DNA from: a virus
Taxonomy: Duplodnaviria > Caudoviricetes
DNA length: 64,000 nucleotides
Reading direction: 5' to 3' (one strand)
IMG/VR virus record: IMGVR_UViG_3300046804_004123
Location: 1 to 64,000 of that record
Positions 1-9,700 of the stretch are shown piece by piece. Numbering within the stretch: the first letter of the stretch is position 1; each line of letters starts with the position of its first letter. The position numbers and the translations under genes are program-made. The notes under the pieces are model-generated. The model saw only the letters and a list, made by a program, of their open reading frames with translations. It did no database searches and was not told where the DNA came from.

Positions 1-392
1 ATTACAAATAAAAAAGTTAAAACAGATCCATCTTTATGATAAAAATAAGAACTTTTACTTTTATATTTTGAAACAAAAGTTCTATCATGGTTTGTAGTTA
101 AATAATATCCAAGAAAAGGATTTTCTTTAGATAAATTTTCAAAATCTAGATCATTAATTTTGTTTAAAATATTTAAAACTTTACTATCTTCTCTATTATT
201 TTTAAATATTGTATCTAAATCAAAAGAAATAGTATTATGATTTTCATATAAAGGACAATGATGTTTATCTAAACATTTTATAGATTCATCATAGTTCATG
301 ATTTCATCTATAATTAAATCCAATTCAATTTGTTCAAAAAAATTGTTAATAATAGTATGATGAAAAGGATAATTAAAATGAATAATTTTCAT
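1..392 (-). CDS. 2OG-Fe(II) oxygenase-like protein, C-terminus runs off the window
   Basis: Hand translation from ATG at 392: MKIIHFNYPFHHTIINNFF...TFVSKYKSKSSYFYHKDGSVLTFLFV, with an HxD motif followed by a hydrophobic strand. ATGA overlap with the upstream gene. Confidence 0.6.
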   Translation of the reverse strand, partial: MKIIHFNYPFHHTIINNFFEQIELDLIIDEIMNYDESIKCLDKHHCPLYENHNTISFDLDTIFKNNREDSKVLNILNKINDLDFENLSKENPFLGYYLTTNHDRTFVSKYKSKSSYFYHKDGSVLTFLFV

Positions 393-1129
393 TTAGGATC
401 TTTTTCTCCATAAAAATTTCTATCATTCCATAATTGAACATAATCATTGATTCCAACCATACCAAAATCAGAAACGTTTACACTATGCCAAGCACATTTA
501 TGTTGAGCAATTACACTGCCATTATCTAATACATATGATCTATTTTTATTATTGTGAAATGGAGTTAATTGTTGAAATGTTCCTTCGGAAACTTTATTAA
601 TTTGTAATCCGTATTTTAAATAACATAATCCAAAAACTCCAGGTCCAGTTGGAGCACACGTTCCATCACCATAAAATTTTGTTTTACAATTTTTTACAAC
701 AGTTTCTATACATTTTTCTATCACTATATTCTTTTTTTTAGTATAATATAATGCTGGTTGCAATCCAAATTTTGGGCGATTTGGTTGTGTGCTGCCATGA
801 TCGTAAAAACATATAAAATCAAATTCTGAATAATTATCTACTCTAGAAAGCATCCTGATTGTACTATCAACATACCAACCACCCTTAATATAAGTTATAC
901 AATACCTTGCTAGATCTGATTTAGATGTATATGCTTTTAAATTATCATATGCCCATAAAACTTCTCTATCAAAATAATCGGATATAAAACTCCTGATCAT
1001 TTTATTGTTGTATAAAGTATATTCACATTCTGGATAATTGTATTTTACGGTTCCAGTTGAATATTCAAGAAATTTAGAAAGTTTTTGATTATCTTGAGAT
1101 GATACAAAAATTTGAGTGACGCAATCCAT
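389..1129 (-). CDS. Glycosyltransferase, GT32/OCH1-like (DXD sugar-binding family)
   Basis: SDLARYCITYIKGGWYVDS and PTGPGVF motifs are typical of GT32. The DxD is degenerate (DST). Confidence 0.75.
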   Translation of the reverse strand: MDCVTQIFVSSQDNQKLSKFLEYSTGTVKYNYPECEYTLYNNKMIRSFISDYFDREVLWAYDNLKAYTSKSDLARYCITYIKGGWYVDSTIRMLSRVDNYSEFDFICFYDHGSTQPNRPKFGLQPALYYTKKKNIVIEKCIETVVKNCKTKFYGDGTCAPTGPGVFGLCYLKYGLQINKVSEGTFQQLTPFHNNKNRSYVLDNGSVIAQHKCAWHSVNVSDFGMVGINDYVQLWNDRNFYGEKDPK

Positions 1130-1130
1130 T

Positions 1131-1817
1131 TTATTCTAATTCAACATTCATGGAAAAAATAATTCTAGATTTTTTAGATTGATTTGGTTCAGTATAATGC
1201 ATTATATTTGAAGGGAAAATTAGCATCGTTCCTTCTGTTACTTTTTCAGAATGATTTAAAAAATTTCCTCTCAACGTATCTTGATAAGGACTAATAAATT
1301 GAGTTGATGTGTGTTCTTTTTCATCATACTCCAAGAAACAAATTACAGAAAGTCCATTCATTCCATGAATATGTGGTCCATGATACATGTTTTCTTTTTG
1401 CTCTTGAAACCAAGCATCTAATATATTTGCTTTTTTATCTGGATATTTTTCACTACCAAAAACTTCGTAAATTAAGTGAAGTTCTTCATTAAAAATTTCT
1501 GTTATTTTTTCAATAAAATTTTGATATGAATCGGAATAATTTTCTTTATTATAAGAACTTAAAACATTTCCTCTTCTCAATACTTTATCTTGATATTCAT
1601 TAAGAATCTTTAATAAATTATTCTTCTTTTCTTCCCAATTTGATAACTTTGAAATAGTAAAAAATGGAATAGAAAATACTGGTTTAACAAAAATTTCATT
1701 ATTTGAAAATTTTTTTGCAACTAATTCAGTATAATTTATTTTTTGTTCTATGTTTCCTAAAGGTTTTGAATAATCTTCCTCTTCTTTTTTATTAAATGTA
1801 AATCCTATCTGTTTCAT
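1131..1817 (-). CDS. Putative 2OG-Fe(II) oxygenase (TIGR02466-like)
   Basis: AW...YHGPHIHG...LSVICFL...EGTMLIFPSNIMHYTEPN...RIIFSMN. Confidence 0.75.
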   Translation of the reverse strand: MKQIGFTFNKKEEEDYSKPLGNIEQKINYTELVAKKFSNNEIFVKPVFSIPFFTISKLSNWEEKKNNLLKILNEYQDKVLRRGNVLSSYNKENYSDSYQNFIEKITEIFNEELHLIYEVFGSEKYPDKKANILDAWFQEQKENMYHGPHIHGMNGLSVICFLEYDEKEHTSTQFISPYQDTLRGNFLNHSEKVTEGTMLIFPSNIMHYTEPNQSKKSRIIFSMNVELE

Positions 1818-1828
1818 AAATTTTAAAA

Positions 1829-2065
1829 TTAATTTTTTTGTTTAAATTCTTTTTCAAGTTCTTTTGCAAGTTTCATAGCCCTTCTCCACATCATGTATTT
1901 TACAATAGGATTTGTTGGATTGTAAAACAACCACCACTTTGCTTTTTCATATTCCACTCTTGCAAGTTGAGTCACCATGTAAAATCCTTTTGCAACTGAT
2001 TGATCAGTAATAATCAAATAAGCAACACAAAAGAATATAATAAAATATATGTAAGATGCACTCAT
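1829..2065 (-). CDS. Hypothetical membrane-anchored phage protein
   Basis: ORF track; hydrophobic N-terminus; overlaps the neighbouring stop codon. Confidence 0.7.
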   Translation of the reverse strand: MSASYIYFIIFFCVAYLIITDQSVAKGFYMVTQLARVEYEKAKWWLFYNPTNPIVKYMMWRRAMKLAKELEKEFKQKN

Positions 2066-2238
2066 TTTCTTATAGTTTTAAGATATTCTAGCACATGCTC
2101 ACGAACTTCCATAAGTTCGTTGTAACATTTCTGATTATGAGCACACTGGCGAAGTTCAGAATCTGGTTTGTGAACACTTTCTACAAACAAATCCAATCCG
2201 CGATTCCATTTTTGATCCTGTGTTTCATTTTCGTACAT
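2062..2238 (-). CDS. Small hypothetical protein (58 aa)
   Basis: Hand translation: MYENETQDQKWNRGLDLFVESVHKPDSELRQCAHNQKCYNELMEVREHVLEYLKTIRK. ATGA coupling to the next gene. Confidence 0.7.
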   Translation of the reverse strand: MYENETQDQKWNRGLDLFVESVHKPDSELRQCAHNQKCYNELMEVREHVLEYLKTIRK

Positions 2239-2398
2239 TTGATTTAATTACCAAAGGGCAAGAAGGAACAACTTGTTTCAGTTCCAAAAGAATTTCTGTT
2301 TTTTGTTGAGGACTTAATAACTTAACGTTTACTAATCTGTTTGCGATCATAACAATTTCCGAACAAGATAGAATTGTTGTGATAAACAGAGTCGCCAT
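2225..2398 (-). CDS. Small hypothetical protein (57 aa, two Cys, hydrophobic N-terminus)
   Basis: Hand translation: MATLFITTILSCSEIVMIANRLVNVKLLSPQQKTEILLELKQVVPSCPLVIKSNVRK. Late-promoter-like ATAAATA just upstream. Confidence 0.6.
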   Translation of the reverse strand: MATLFITTILSCSEIVMIANRLVNVKLLSPQQKTEILLELKQVVPSCPLVIKSNVRK

Positions 2399-2422
2399 AA
2401 GTTTGCCCTGCGATAAAATTAT

Positions 2423-2641
2423 TTATTGAGAAAATCCAGAACCCTTTACCTTTTCTTTGGTTTTCTTTTTGTCTTTTACAATTACATAATTCAAAAAATC
2501 TGGAATTTGATTGTTCTGGAACCAATACTTCTGAACATCTTCCCAGTGTTCAAAAAATTGGTTTTTACCACTTTTCAGGACAACTTCATAAGTGTGTCTA
2601 TCATAAAGATCATCAGATGTGCAAGTGAACATTTGAGTCAT
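2423..2641 (-). CDS. Hypothetical cyanophage protein
   Basis: ORF track; tight operon packing. Confidence 0.7.
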   Translation of the reverse strand: MTQMFTCTSDDLYDRHTYEVVLKSGKNQFFEHWEDVQKYWFQNNQIPDFLNYVIVKDKKKTKEKVKGSGFSQ

Positions 2642-2862
2642 AGAAATTCATCCAAACTAGAAACCGATGCACCTTTTGCGGACTTTTCAATGTACCTTTT
2701 TGCGGAGTTATAGTTGTTGCAAGTATGCACTTGTTGCCCTTTATAAACAATAATAAACTTCTTTCCCCAAGGAAGTGCTGCCCACATTCCGTCCTTGGTT
2801 ACATAACCATTTGGATCTCCTGGATTAGGATCCAAAAGAGTTTCGTTCTGAATGTTATTCAT
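2638..2862 (-). CDS. Hypothetical cyanophage protein
   Basis: ORF track; overlaps both neighbours. Confidence 0.7.
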   Translation of the reverse strand: MNNIQNETLLDPNPGDPNGYVTKDGMWAALPWGKKFIIVYKGQQVHTCNNYNSAKRYIEKSAKGASVSSLDEFL

Positions 2863-3400
2863 TTTTACAATATTTTAGAGCAATTGAAAATCTATGATAA
2901 TTTTTAAAACTTGTTGCTTTGTGTAATATACTACCATCAAAAAGAACCATCCTATTTGGAATTGGAGGAACCCCATATATTGTTCTATTTAAATAGAATT
3001 GAGTTTCTCCCCCATCATCAAGATTCCAATTTTCATTTATATAATACAAACAAGTATATAATTGAGATACATTTTCTGGAGTATCTATATGAAATCTTGG
3101 ATTTTCTCCAGGAGCAAAGCAATTAACATACATTCTTTGTAAATCAAGATTTTTTAGAACAGAAAATTGAAAACGACATTTACTATCAATTAAATTTAAA
3201 ATTTTATTATTTAAATTGTTGGATGGAAATATTTGATGTGTCATTCCAGTAACATATTTTAAAATATTTTCTCCAGAAGGAATGGCACTGTAATCATCAA
3301 CCTCACCGTAATTATACGATGCATTTTTACAATAATTACTTACATTTTGAAAATCATCATTATTTAAAAAATTGTCTATTACTTCAATATCAAGATTCAT
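2855..3400 (-). CDS. 2OG-Fe(II) oxygenase (prolyl-hydroxylase-like)
   Basis: FHID...LYYINENW...GGETQF...PNRMVLFDGSILHKA...RFSIA: HxD...H plus the 2OG-binding Arg. Confidence 0.85.
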   Translation of the reverse strand: MNLDIEVIDNFLNNDDFQNVSNYCKNASYNYGEVDDYSAIPSGENILKYVTGMTHQIFPSNNLNNKILNLIDSKCRFQFSVLKNLDLQRMYVNCFAPGENPRFHIDTPENVSQLYTCLYYINENWNLDDGGETQFYLNRTIYGVPPIPNRMVLFDGSILHKATSFKNYHRFSIALKYCKNE

Positions 3401-3540
3401 CAGAACTTAACATTCACACCAACCACTTTTGCCTTGGGGTTGCGGGCAATCGCAGTTTCACGGGCATCTTGGGGATTGGATGCCTGAACTTCTTCGTTAA
3501 ACACTTTACCAGCAACGTAGAGTTGAACAACGTACTTCAT
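3400..3540 (-). CDS. Small hypothetical protein (46 aa)
   Basis: Hand translation: MKYVVQLYVAGKVFNEEVQASNPQDARETAIARNPKAKVVGVNVKF. AAGGAG ribosome-binding site. Confidence 0.7.
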   Translation of the reverse strand: MKYVVQLYVAGKVFNEEVQASNPQDARETAIARNPKAKVVGVNVKF

Positions 3541-3579
3541 TTAAAAGACTCCTTTGTGAATTGAATAGTTGAATGAAAA

Positions 3580-4806
3580 TCAGCGGCGAATGGTGCTCAC
3601 CGCAACATCACCTTTTACGAAAATGGTGTCAACCACATTCTGTACGGCACGTGCGGTGTTCGTAGATGCCTTATCAAAGGTGGGGCAGATCACCAGTCCA
3701 TAGGATTTGGTGTATGCCTCCAGATCGCCCGCCTGGAGGGCACCAGAGCGGATTCCAGCAGCATCCTGGGGGTGTAGGCGCAGAGTACGCCCAACCGTCT
3801 GTCCGATGCCCACAACATCCATAGAGCGCATGAATACTACTGCCTCCAGAGCAGAGATGTTGATGCCTTCTGCCAGAATGCTGTGGTGCAGAACCACAAA
3901 CTTCTTGTCGGCATCCTTACCCCAGCGATTGAGAGTGTCAAAGAACACCTCACGGTTTACAATCTTACCATCAATAAAAGCACCGTGCTTGGAAGTAATG
4001 TGCATCACAGAGTAACCCTGCTCTGCCAGTTGATCTGCAAAATCAGTTTCGGAAAGCAAACCAACAATATGTTTGGTTGCCTTGGCACAGATCAGAATCT
4101 TATTGACAGGATGATCTGCAATCGTTTGCAGAAGATACTCACAATCACGCTGGGCAATATCCTCACCCTTGATAGAAAGGCGCATCTCCTTCATCATCAC
4201 CTTGGGAGGAATGATGTAACCACCCTGCACAAGATCAGGAGCAGGAACCTTGGCAATAATCTGCCCATAAACATCAGTATCGTTCATGCCAGGTTTGCCA
4301 ACCACAGAAGAATACTTGGGAGTTGCAGTAAAGAAGTAGCAACGCTTTGCTTCGGAAGCAAAATACTCTGTGGCAGGAAAGAAATTACGCTTGACAGAGT
4401 TGTGTGCCTCGTCAAAGTAAATGGTGTCCACAGTAATACCTGCACATTGCAGTTGCTGCAGAGAGTTGTAGGTAGTAAAGATCAGTTTGTGACCTTCTAC
4501 CTGCTCACACCAGGCACGAATAATGTTAGGGCGAGTGCTGCTGAAGTGATGAGTTTCACCCGTATGAACGTGCATCACATGAGCGTTAGTGATAAACTCA
4601 AGATACTCACTTGACAACTGCTCTGCCAGGAGGATGCGGGGCGAAACCACTACGATGGTTTGAGTAGTATCAGAAAGGAACTGCTCAATCGCATCAAAAA
4701 TACCAACGTTGGTTTTACCACCGCCAGTAGGGAAAACACAGATGCCCTTGGCAACCTGCCGCAGAGCATCAAGAGCAATTTGTTGATGGGGGCGAAGTTG
4801 GAACAA
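3580..4806 (-). CDS. SF2 DEAD/DEAH-box helicase (type III restriction Res-like, no nuclease domain)
   Basis: LRPHQ Q-motif, PTGGGKT Walker A, DEAH, FTATP, ILAEGI, QTVGRTLR. TTG start. Confidence 0.9.
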   Translation of the reverse strand: MFQLRPHQQIALDALRQVAKGICVFPTGGGKTNVGIFDAIEQFLSDTTQTIVVVSPRILLAEQLSSEYLEFITNAHVMHVHTGETHHFSSTRPNIIRAWCEQVEGHKLIFTTYNSLQQLQCAGITVDTIYFDEAHNSVKRNFFPATEYFASEAKRCYFFTATPKYSSVVGKPGMNDTDVYGQIIAKVPAPDLVQGGYIIPPKVMMKEMRLSIKGEDIAQRDCEYLLQTIADHPVNKILICAKATKHIVGLLSETDFADQLAEQGYSVMHITSKHGAFIDGKIVNREVFFDTLNRWGKDADKKFVVLHHSILAEGINISALEAVVFMRSMDVVGIGQTVGRTLRLHPQDAAGIRSGALQAGDLEAYTKSYGLVICPTFDKASTNTARAVQNVVDTIFVKGDVAVSTIRR

Positions 4807-4828
4807 GGTCTCCGTTGCGTATGGGACT

Positions 4829-4886
4829 ATTATAGCAGAAAGGGGTCCTCACGGGGACCCCTTGTGCCACTAGAAAAACTGTTCCA
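4829..4886 (-). promoter_or_regulatory. Promoter module: upstream palindromic box, GC hairpin, extended -10 TGCTATAAT
   Basis: tgccacta-gaaa-aactg box at 4865-4881; aaggggtcc/ggacccctt stem at 4840-4863; TATAAT at 4829-4834. Confidence 0.65.
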
Positions 4887-5280
4887 CTCCCACTGGTTCC
4901 CCAAAGGAATAATCATATGTAAGAGCATCATGGCACACATAATGTGGATGATCAATAGGCACTCCAACTCTCTCACACATTTCTTTATGATTATCTTCCA
5001 TTAACTCAACTGCATACAACATGTTGTTAAGAACATGATCTTCAGAGTGATACTTAATCAATTCATTCTTAAGTGCAAGAATAAAATTGCCAGAACCAGC
5101 AGAATTGTCCAGAAACTTTGAATTTGGATTTTTTCGTTTTTCAAGATCAATCATCTGAACCATTTCTTTACATATTTCCATGGGTGTGAATACTTCTTGA
5201 GTTTCGGCAATTCTTTCATCCGAACGCTCAATATTAGATCCAGTATTCTTATTGTGCTGATTCTTCGTGCCCATTACCAT
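4870..5280 (-). CDS. N6-adenine DNA methyltransferase SAM-binding half (motifs X, I, II; no NPPY)
   Basis: EVFTP, FLDNSAGSGNF, LYAVEL, DAL. The ORF ends before motif IV. Confidence 0.75.
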   Translation of the reverse strand: MVMGTKNQHNKNTGSNIERSDERIAETQEVFTPMEICKEMVQMIDLEKRKNPNSKFLDNSAGSGNFILALKNELIKYHSEDHVLNNMLYAVELMEDNHKEMCERVGVPIDHPHYVCHDALTYDYSFGEPVGVEQFF

Positions 5281-6637
5281 ATCGTTTTGTATAAATCGTG
5301 ATCAATTTAGTTTTGCCAAGATGAGGAATTCCATTTGTAGTTTCCATAGAAGTATTACGGAAACTATTATCCCCATTTTGCCCAAGAGAAATGATTCGCT
5401 TCAAAATTTCTTCTTTAGTTGTATTCACATCAGGGCGAACACGGATATAGTTGTGACTTGATGATTTCTCATAATCGGTCCATACTTTACCATTCTCATT
5501 TTTTTCACCAGGAAGATACACTTTACCAGAAACACCAGCACCATCACCACCAACAAAAATATCAGCATCATATCGGTGCTCATATTTCAGAAACTCAATA
5601 TGGGGATGTTCCTTATAAGTAGGATCTAGATCTCTTTGTTTTTCTCCAATTTTCCATTCTTGAATACATGCATCAATACTTGCAGCAAAATCATTATCTG
5701 CACAATCTTGGGTTGATACCAGTTCAAGATCACGATTAATTTTATTAAAATTGGCAGAACCTTGTTTCATAGATTTAGGTAGAATTAAAATAATCTGCCC
5801 ATTTTTTGCCCGAACACGTTCAGCAGCATTATTCAAGAAATTAAGTGCTAATCTACCACCTTTACCAAAAGGTGGATTACCAATCACAACATTAAAATCC
5901 ATATTATTGTATTCATCCTCTGTAATATATTTAACACACTCTGGAAGATGCCCGAGTCCAATACACATATCATAATCTTTATCGGTGTAAATATTTGTAA
6001 ATCCAAGATTTGATAATGTGACACAAAAATGACCCCAAGCGTCCATAGGAACATAAATCATAGCATCTTTGGGAAGATTTTTCAATCGTTCGACAATTTC
6101 ATAAACAAGATGCAATTTAGGAGCTCTAGTTGCTTCTGGATTTTTTTCTTTAATTTTTTTAGCATGAGATTCTGGCGTAAATCCATAAACTTTTTCTTGC
6201 TCACGAAAAGTATCACTCATGGCAATAATTTTCTCTCGTAAATAAGATACATGTTCAGAATAAGTTTTTATATAAAGAGGGGCCTCAACTACTTCAGGAG
6301 ATCCACCAAGAGAATTTTTTCTACATCCAGAAGAATATAAAGAATGACGAATATAATGATCCGAAAGATCTGGATGAACTTTCAGAATTACATCATATTC
6401 ACGTTTTTCTGCCCATTTAGAATAATCTGAACGATTATATCTCCCTTTATTATCAAAGGTTTCGTCATCTTTAGTTTGCCCAACAAAAGCGGAAACAGGA
6501 CGACGTCCAAGTTCAATAAGTTCTTTTATTGCTGGTTGTTGGATAATATAAATTAAATTATAATCTTCTTCATCAATTGCTGCACGATAAAAAGGATCTA
6601 CTTGTTCTTGAATAGCAGTCAAAAGTCCGTTGGTCAT
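5249..6637 (-). CDS. Adenine methyltransferase catalytic part (NPPF) with a possible GIY-YIG-like N-terminus
   Basis: DFNVVIGNPPFGKGG...IILILPKS; motif I degenerate (YVPMDAWGHF); N-terminal IYII...VGQTK. Start moved to ATG 6637 because the -10 box lies at 6662-6667. Confidence 0.7.
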   Translation of the reverse strand: MTNGLLTAIQEQVDPFYRAAIDEEDYNLIYIIQQPAIKELIELGRRPVSAFVGQTKDDETFDNKGRYNRSDYSKWAEKREYDVILKVHPDLSDHYIRHSLYSSGCRKNSLGGSPEVVEAPLYIKTYSEHVSYLREKIIAMSDTFREQEKVYGFTPESHAKKIKEKNPEATRAPKLHLVYEIVERLKNLPKDAMIYVPMDAWGHFCVTLSNLGFTNIYTDKDYDMCIGLGHLPECVKYITEDEYNNMDFNVVIGNPPFGKGGRLALNFLNNAAERVRAKNGQIILILPKSMKQGSANFNKINRDLELVSTQDCADNDFAASIDACIQEWKIGEKQRDLDPTYKEHPHIEFLKYEHRYDADIFVGGDGAGVSGKVYLPGEKNENGKVWTDYEKSSSHNYIRVRPDVNTTKEEILKRIISLGQNGDNSFRNTSMETTNGIPHLGKTKLITIYTKRYGNGHEESAQ

Positions 6638-6661
6638 GGATGAATTGGAAGTTATGCAAGT

Positions 6662-6719
6662 ATTATACAGCAAAAAAGGGCTCTGTGTAGAGCCCTTATA
6701 CCAGTTCTTAAAGTGTCAC
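6662..6719 (-). promoter_or_regulatory. Promoter module: palindromic box, hairpin with U-tract, TATAAT
   Basis: taccagtt-ctta-aagtgtcac at 6699-6719; aagggctct/agagccctt stem at 6676-6697; -10 at 6662-6667. Confidence 0.65.
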
Positions 6720-6746
6720 AGTCTCATCTTCAAACCTAACAAAGGT

Positions 6747-6775
6747 ATTCTAATCAGATTTGAGCATTATGTCAA
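6747..6775 (-). promoter_or_regulatory. Sigma70-type promoter
   Basis: TTGACA-N17-TAGAAT. Confidence 0.65.
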
Positions 6776-6778
6776 GTC

Positions 6779-9700
6779 CTAGTACATATCATGCCATGTA
6801 GTTCCATCGTACATTTGATGTTGTTTAGTTGTTTTATTGAATATAAATGCACCTTCAACTGTAGCAAGACCAACTCTTTCTGCAGAAGTTATGGATGGTG
6901 GTAATATAAATCTAAATCTATCTAAAGTTGTTGTTGCAATTCCAACATTAGTCTGATAATTAACTTCTATTGTGGTATTATTACCAGCATTACTAAAATC
7001 TAAAATAGATCTTGCAATAGTAGTTCCAAGACCAACAACTGTAGTAGAATTTGGATCAAATATTTGTAAAGATTTTCCAGATTGATATTGATAATTGGAA
7101 TCTGTGGGGTCATGATTAATGTTAATCGTAACATTGCGATTTAAATTAATAGAACCATCTGTTAGGTATAATGAGTTATTATTCAAAATAATTCCAGATG
7201 CACTAGTTACACCAGATCCAATAATAATACCTTTAGTTAAAATGTTATTATGGGTATATAATGAAGTAAGAGGTAAAGAAGAAGATGTTCCTATACCAAC
7301 AAAATTGTCAAAAGATTCTTGTGTACCAACAAATAATTTACTATAAGAACTGTTTAATTTTATACTAGAAGCAACACTTACATCAGAAAATGTAGTAAGA
7401 CCAACAGTTGAAGTAATATTTAAAGTGTAAACCGTAGTAATTCCAGTAACATTTAAATTTGTTGTTTGTATATTAGATGCATCTATTCTAATAATGTTTG
7501 CAGTTTTTGAATCAATATTACCAGTAATTACATCTGATCCACTAATTGTTGAAGCTGCTCCAGCAGATCCCTTTACAACTAATTGATATCCATTATTAAT
7601 AGTTAAACCTGCACCAACTATAACATCATTAACAAAAAATGTTGAACCTGTGAATTTTATAGGATCTAATACATTTATTGAAGATACACCAACAGATTTT
7701 GCTATAGTTTTAAGATCAATAATATTTTGTGTGGAAACGTCAGTATTTGCTACTAAATTATTAGTTTCTAATCTTGTACATGATATAATTCCAACATTAA
7801 AATTATAATTTGATGGAAAATTAATTGAAGGATTGCCAGTTACGGTTAAATCTCCTTTAATTTTTAGGTTTCCACCAACAAATGAATTTCCAGTTACTGT
7901 TGAAGTACCAACAATTTCTACGGTTTCTAATGGATTTGTTATTCCAATTCCCAACTTACCATTGTAAGTTAAAGACATTAAATCATTATCTTTATATTTC
8001 CAAATATGATCACCAGTATTAATTCCAGAATTTCCAGAGTGTAATTTATTTACAATTGATCCTGGTCCTTGATTTAAAATCGTTAGATTTCTATCTTCTA
8101 ATTCATTAAATTGAATATTTCCTGCTGTTGATCCAGATTTTAAAACTATTGATGGTGTATCTGAAGAACTTCTGGTTCTTACCAATAATGTAATATCACT
8201 ATCATCGGAAATTAAATCTAATGCATTTTCTGGATTAGTGGTTCCTATGCCAACTTTTTTAGTAATATTATTAACAAAGAAAGTTCCTGCTGAAATATTA
8301 TTAGTTACTGTTAATCCACCACCAACTACTAAATTATCATTGACCTGAACAAAATTAGAATTTGATTGTAAAATCAAATCACCAGAAACAGTATCTATTG
8401 TACTTGTGGAAGCAACGGCAATTCTTATATTATTAATATGTGCATTTTCAAAAGAATAATTTAAGGATCCAAGATAACCAGATTTATCAGAAGTTGGAAC
8501 TATACCAGTTGATACGGAAGTAATTCCAGTTAATTCAGTTGTTCCATCAACTTTTAAATTATTAACAACTTTTATTATATTAGAATCAGATTTTAATTTT
8601 AAATCTCCTGATTTTGTTGCAATTGTATTATCATCATCTACTCCTGCACCTATTCTTATATTTCCAACATGAGATTCTGAAAATGCAAGACTAGAAGATC
8701 CAAGATAAGCACCTAAATCGGAATCAGGTAATAATCCTTCTGCAACTGTAGCAATTCCACTTAAATATGATTGCCCATCAACATTCAATGTTTCGGATAC
8801 ACTAAGTTTATCATTAACTGTTACTGTACCGCCAGTTGAATTTAGAGATAGATTTCCACTTCTTGTGTTAATTTCATTTGCAGAAACTCCAAGATTTAAA
8901 TTGCCAACATGTAAAGAACTGAAAGATTTTGCGGATGATCCTAAAGTTGCTCCTCCATCAGAACCTGGTAGTAAACTAGTCCCAACTGTAGCAATTCCAC
9001 TTAAATATGATTGCCCATCAACATTCAAAGATTCATTAATATCTACCTTATCATCAATTTCTACAGTACCATCAGTAGAGTTTAAGCGAAGATTTCCACT
9101 CTTGGTATCAATTTCATTTACTCCACTAACACCTATACGAATATTGTCAATATGAGCTTCAGAAAATGTATTTGATGAATTTCCAATATAAGCACCGTTA
9201 GAATCTGGAAGAATACCAACTCCAATTGTAGTAATTCCAGTTAAATAAGAATCACCATCAACGTTAAGAGACTGATTAATATCTACGTTGTCATCAATTT
9301 CTACAGTACCACCAGTAGAGTTTAAAAGAAGATTTCCAGTTCTTGTGTCGATTACATTTACATCAGTTACTCCTATGCGTATATCATCAATATGCGCTCC
9401 AGCAAAACGAAGTGATGCGGATCCAATAGTAGAAGTAGTATTTGTGCTTGGTATTAAATCAGAACCAACTCTCAAATTATTTGCAATTGTTGCAATTCCA
9501 CTAATTTCTACATTTCTACCTATACTTAAATCTTGAGAAACCGTAACTTTTCTGGTTAAAGAATCTAAAGATAAATTACCAGATCTTGTACTTATAATTC
9601 CAGCAGCACTTGGTAAACCAATTTGAAGTTCATCAATGTGTGCTTCAGAAAATGCTTTTATTGTACTTCCTATTGAAACCGAATTGTTTGAACTTGGTAA

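Noticed and set aside
3707-4614. Plus-strand ORFs of 102 and 243 aa
   Set aside because: They lie antisense to the helicase, are explained by its codon bias and show no motifs.
6638-6673. Upstream TTG start of the methyltransferase ORF
   Set aside because: It overlaps the gene's own -10 element.
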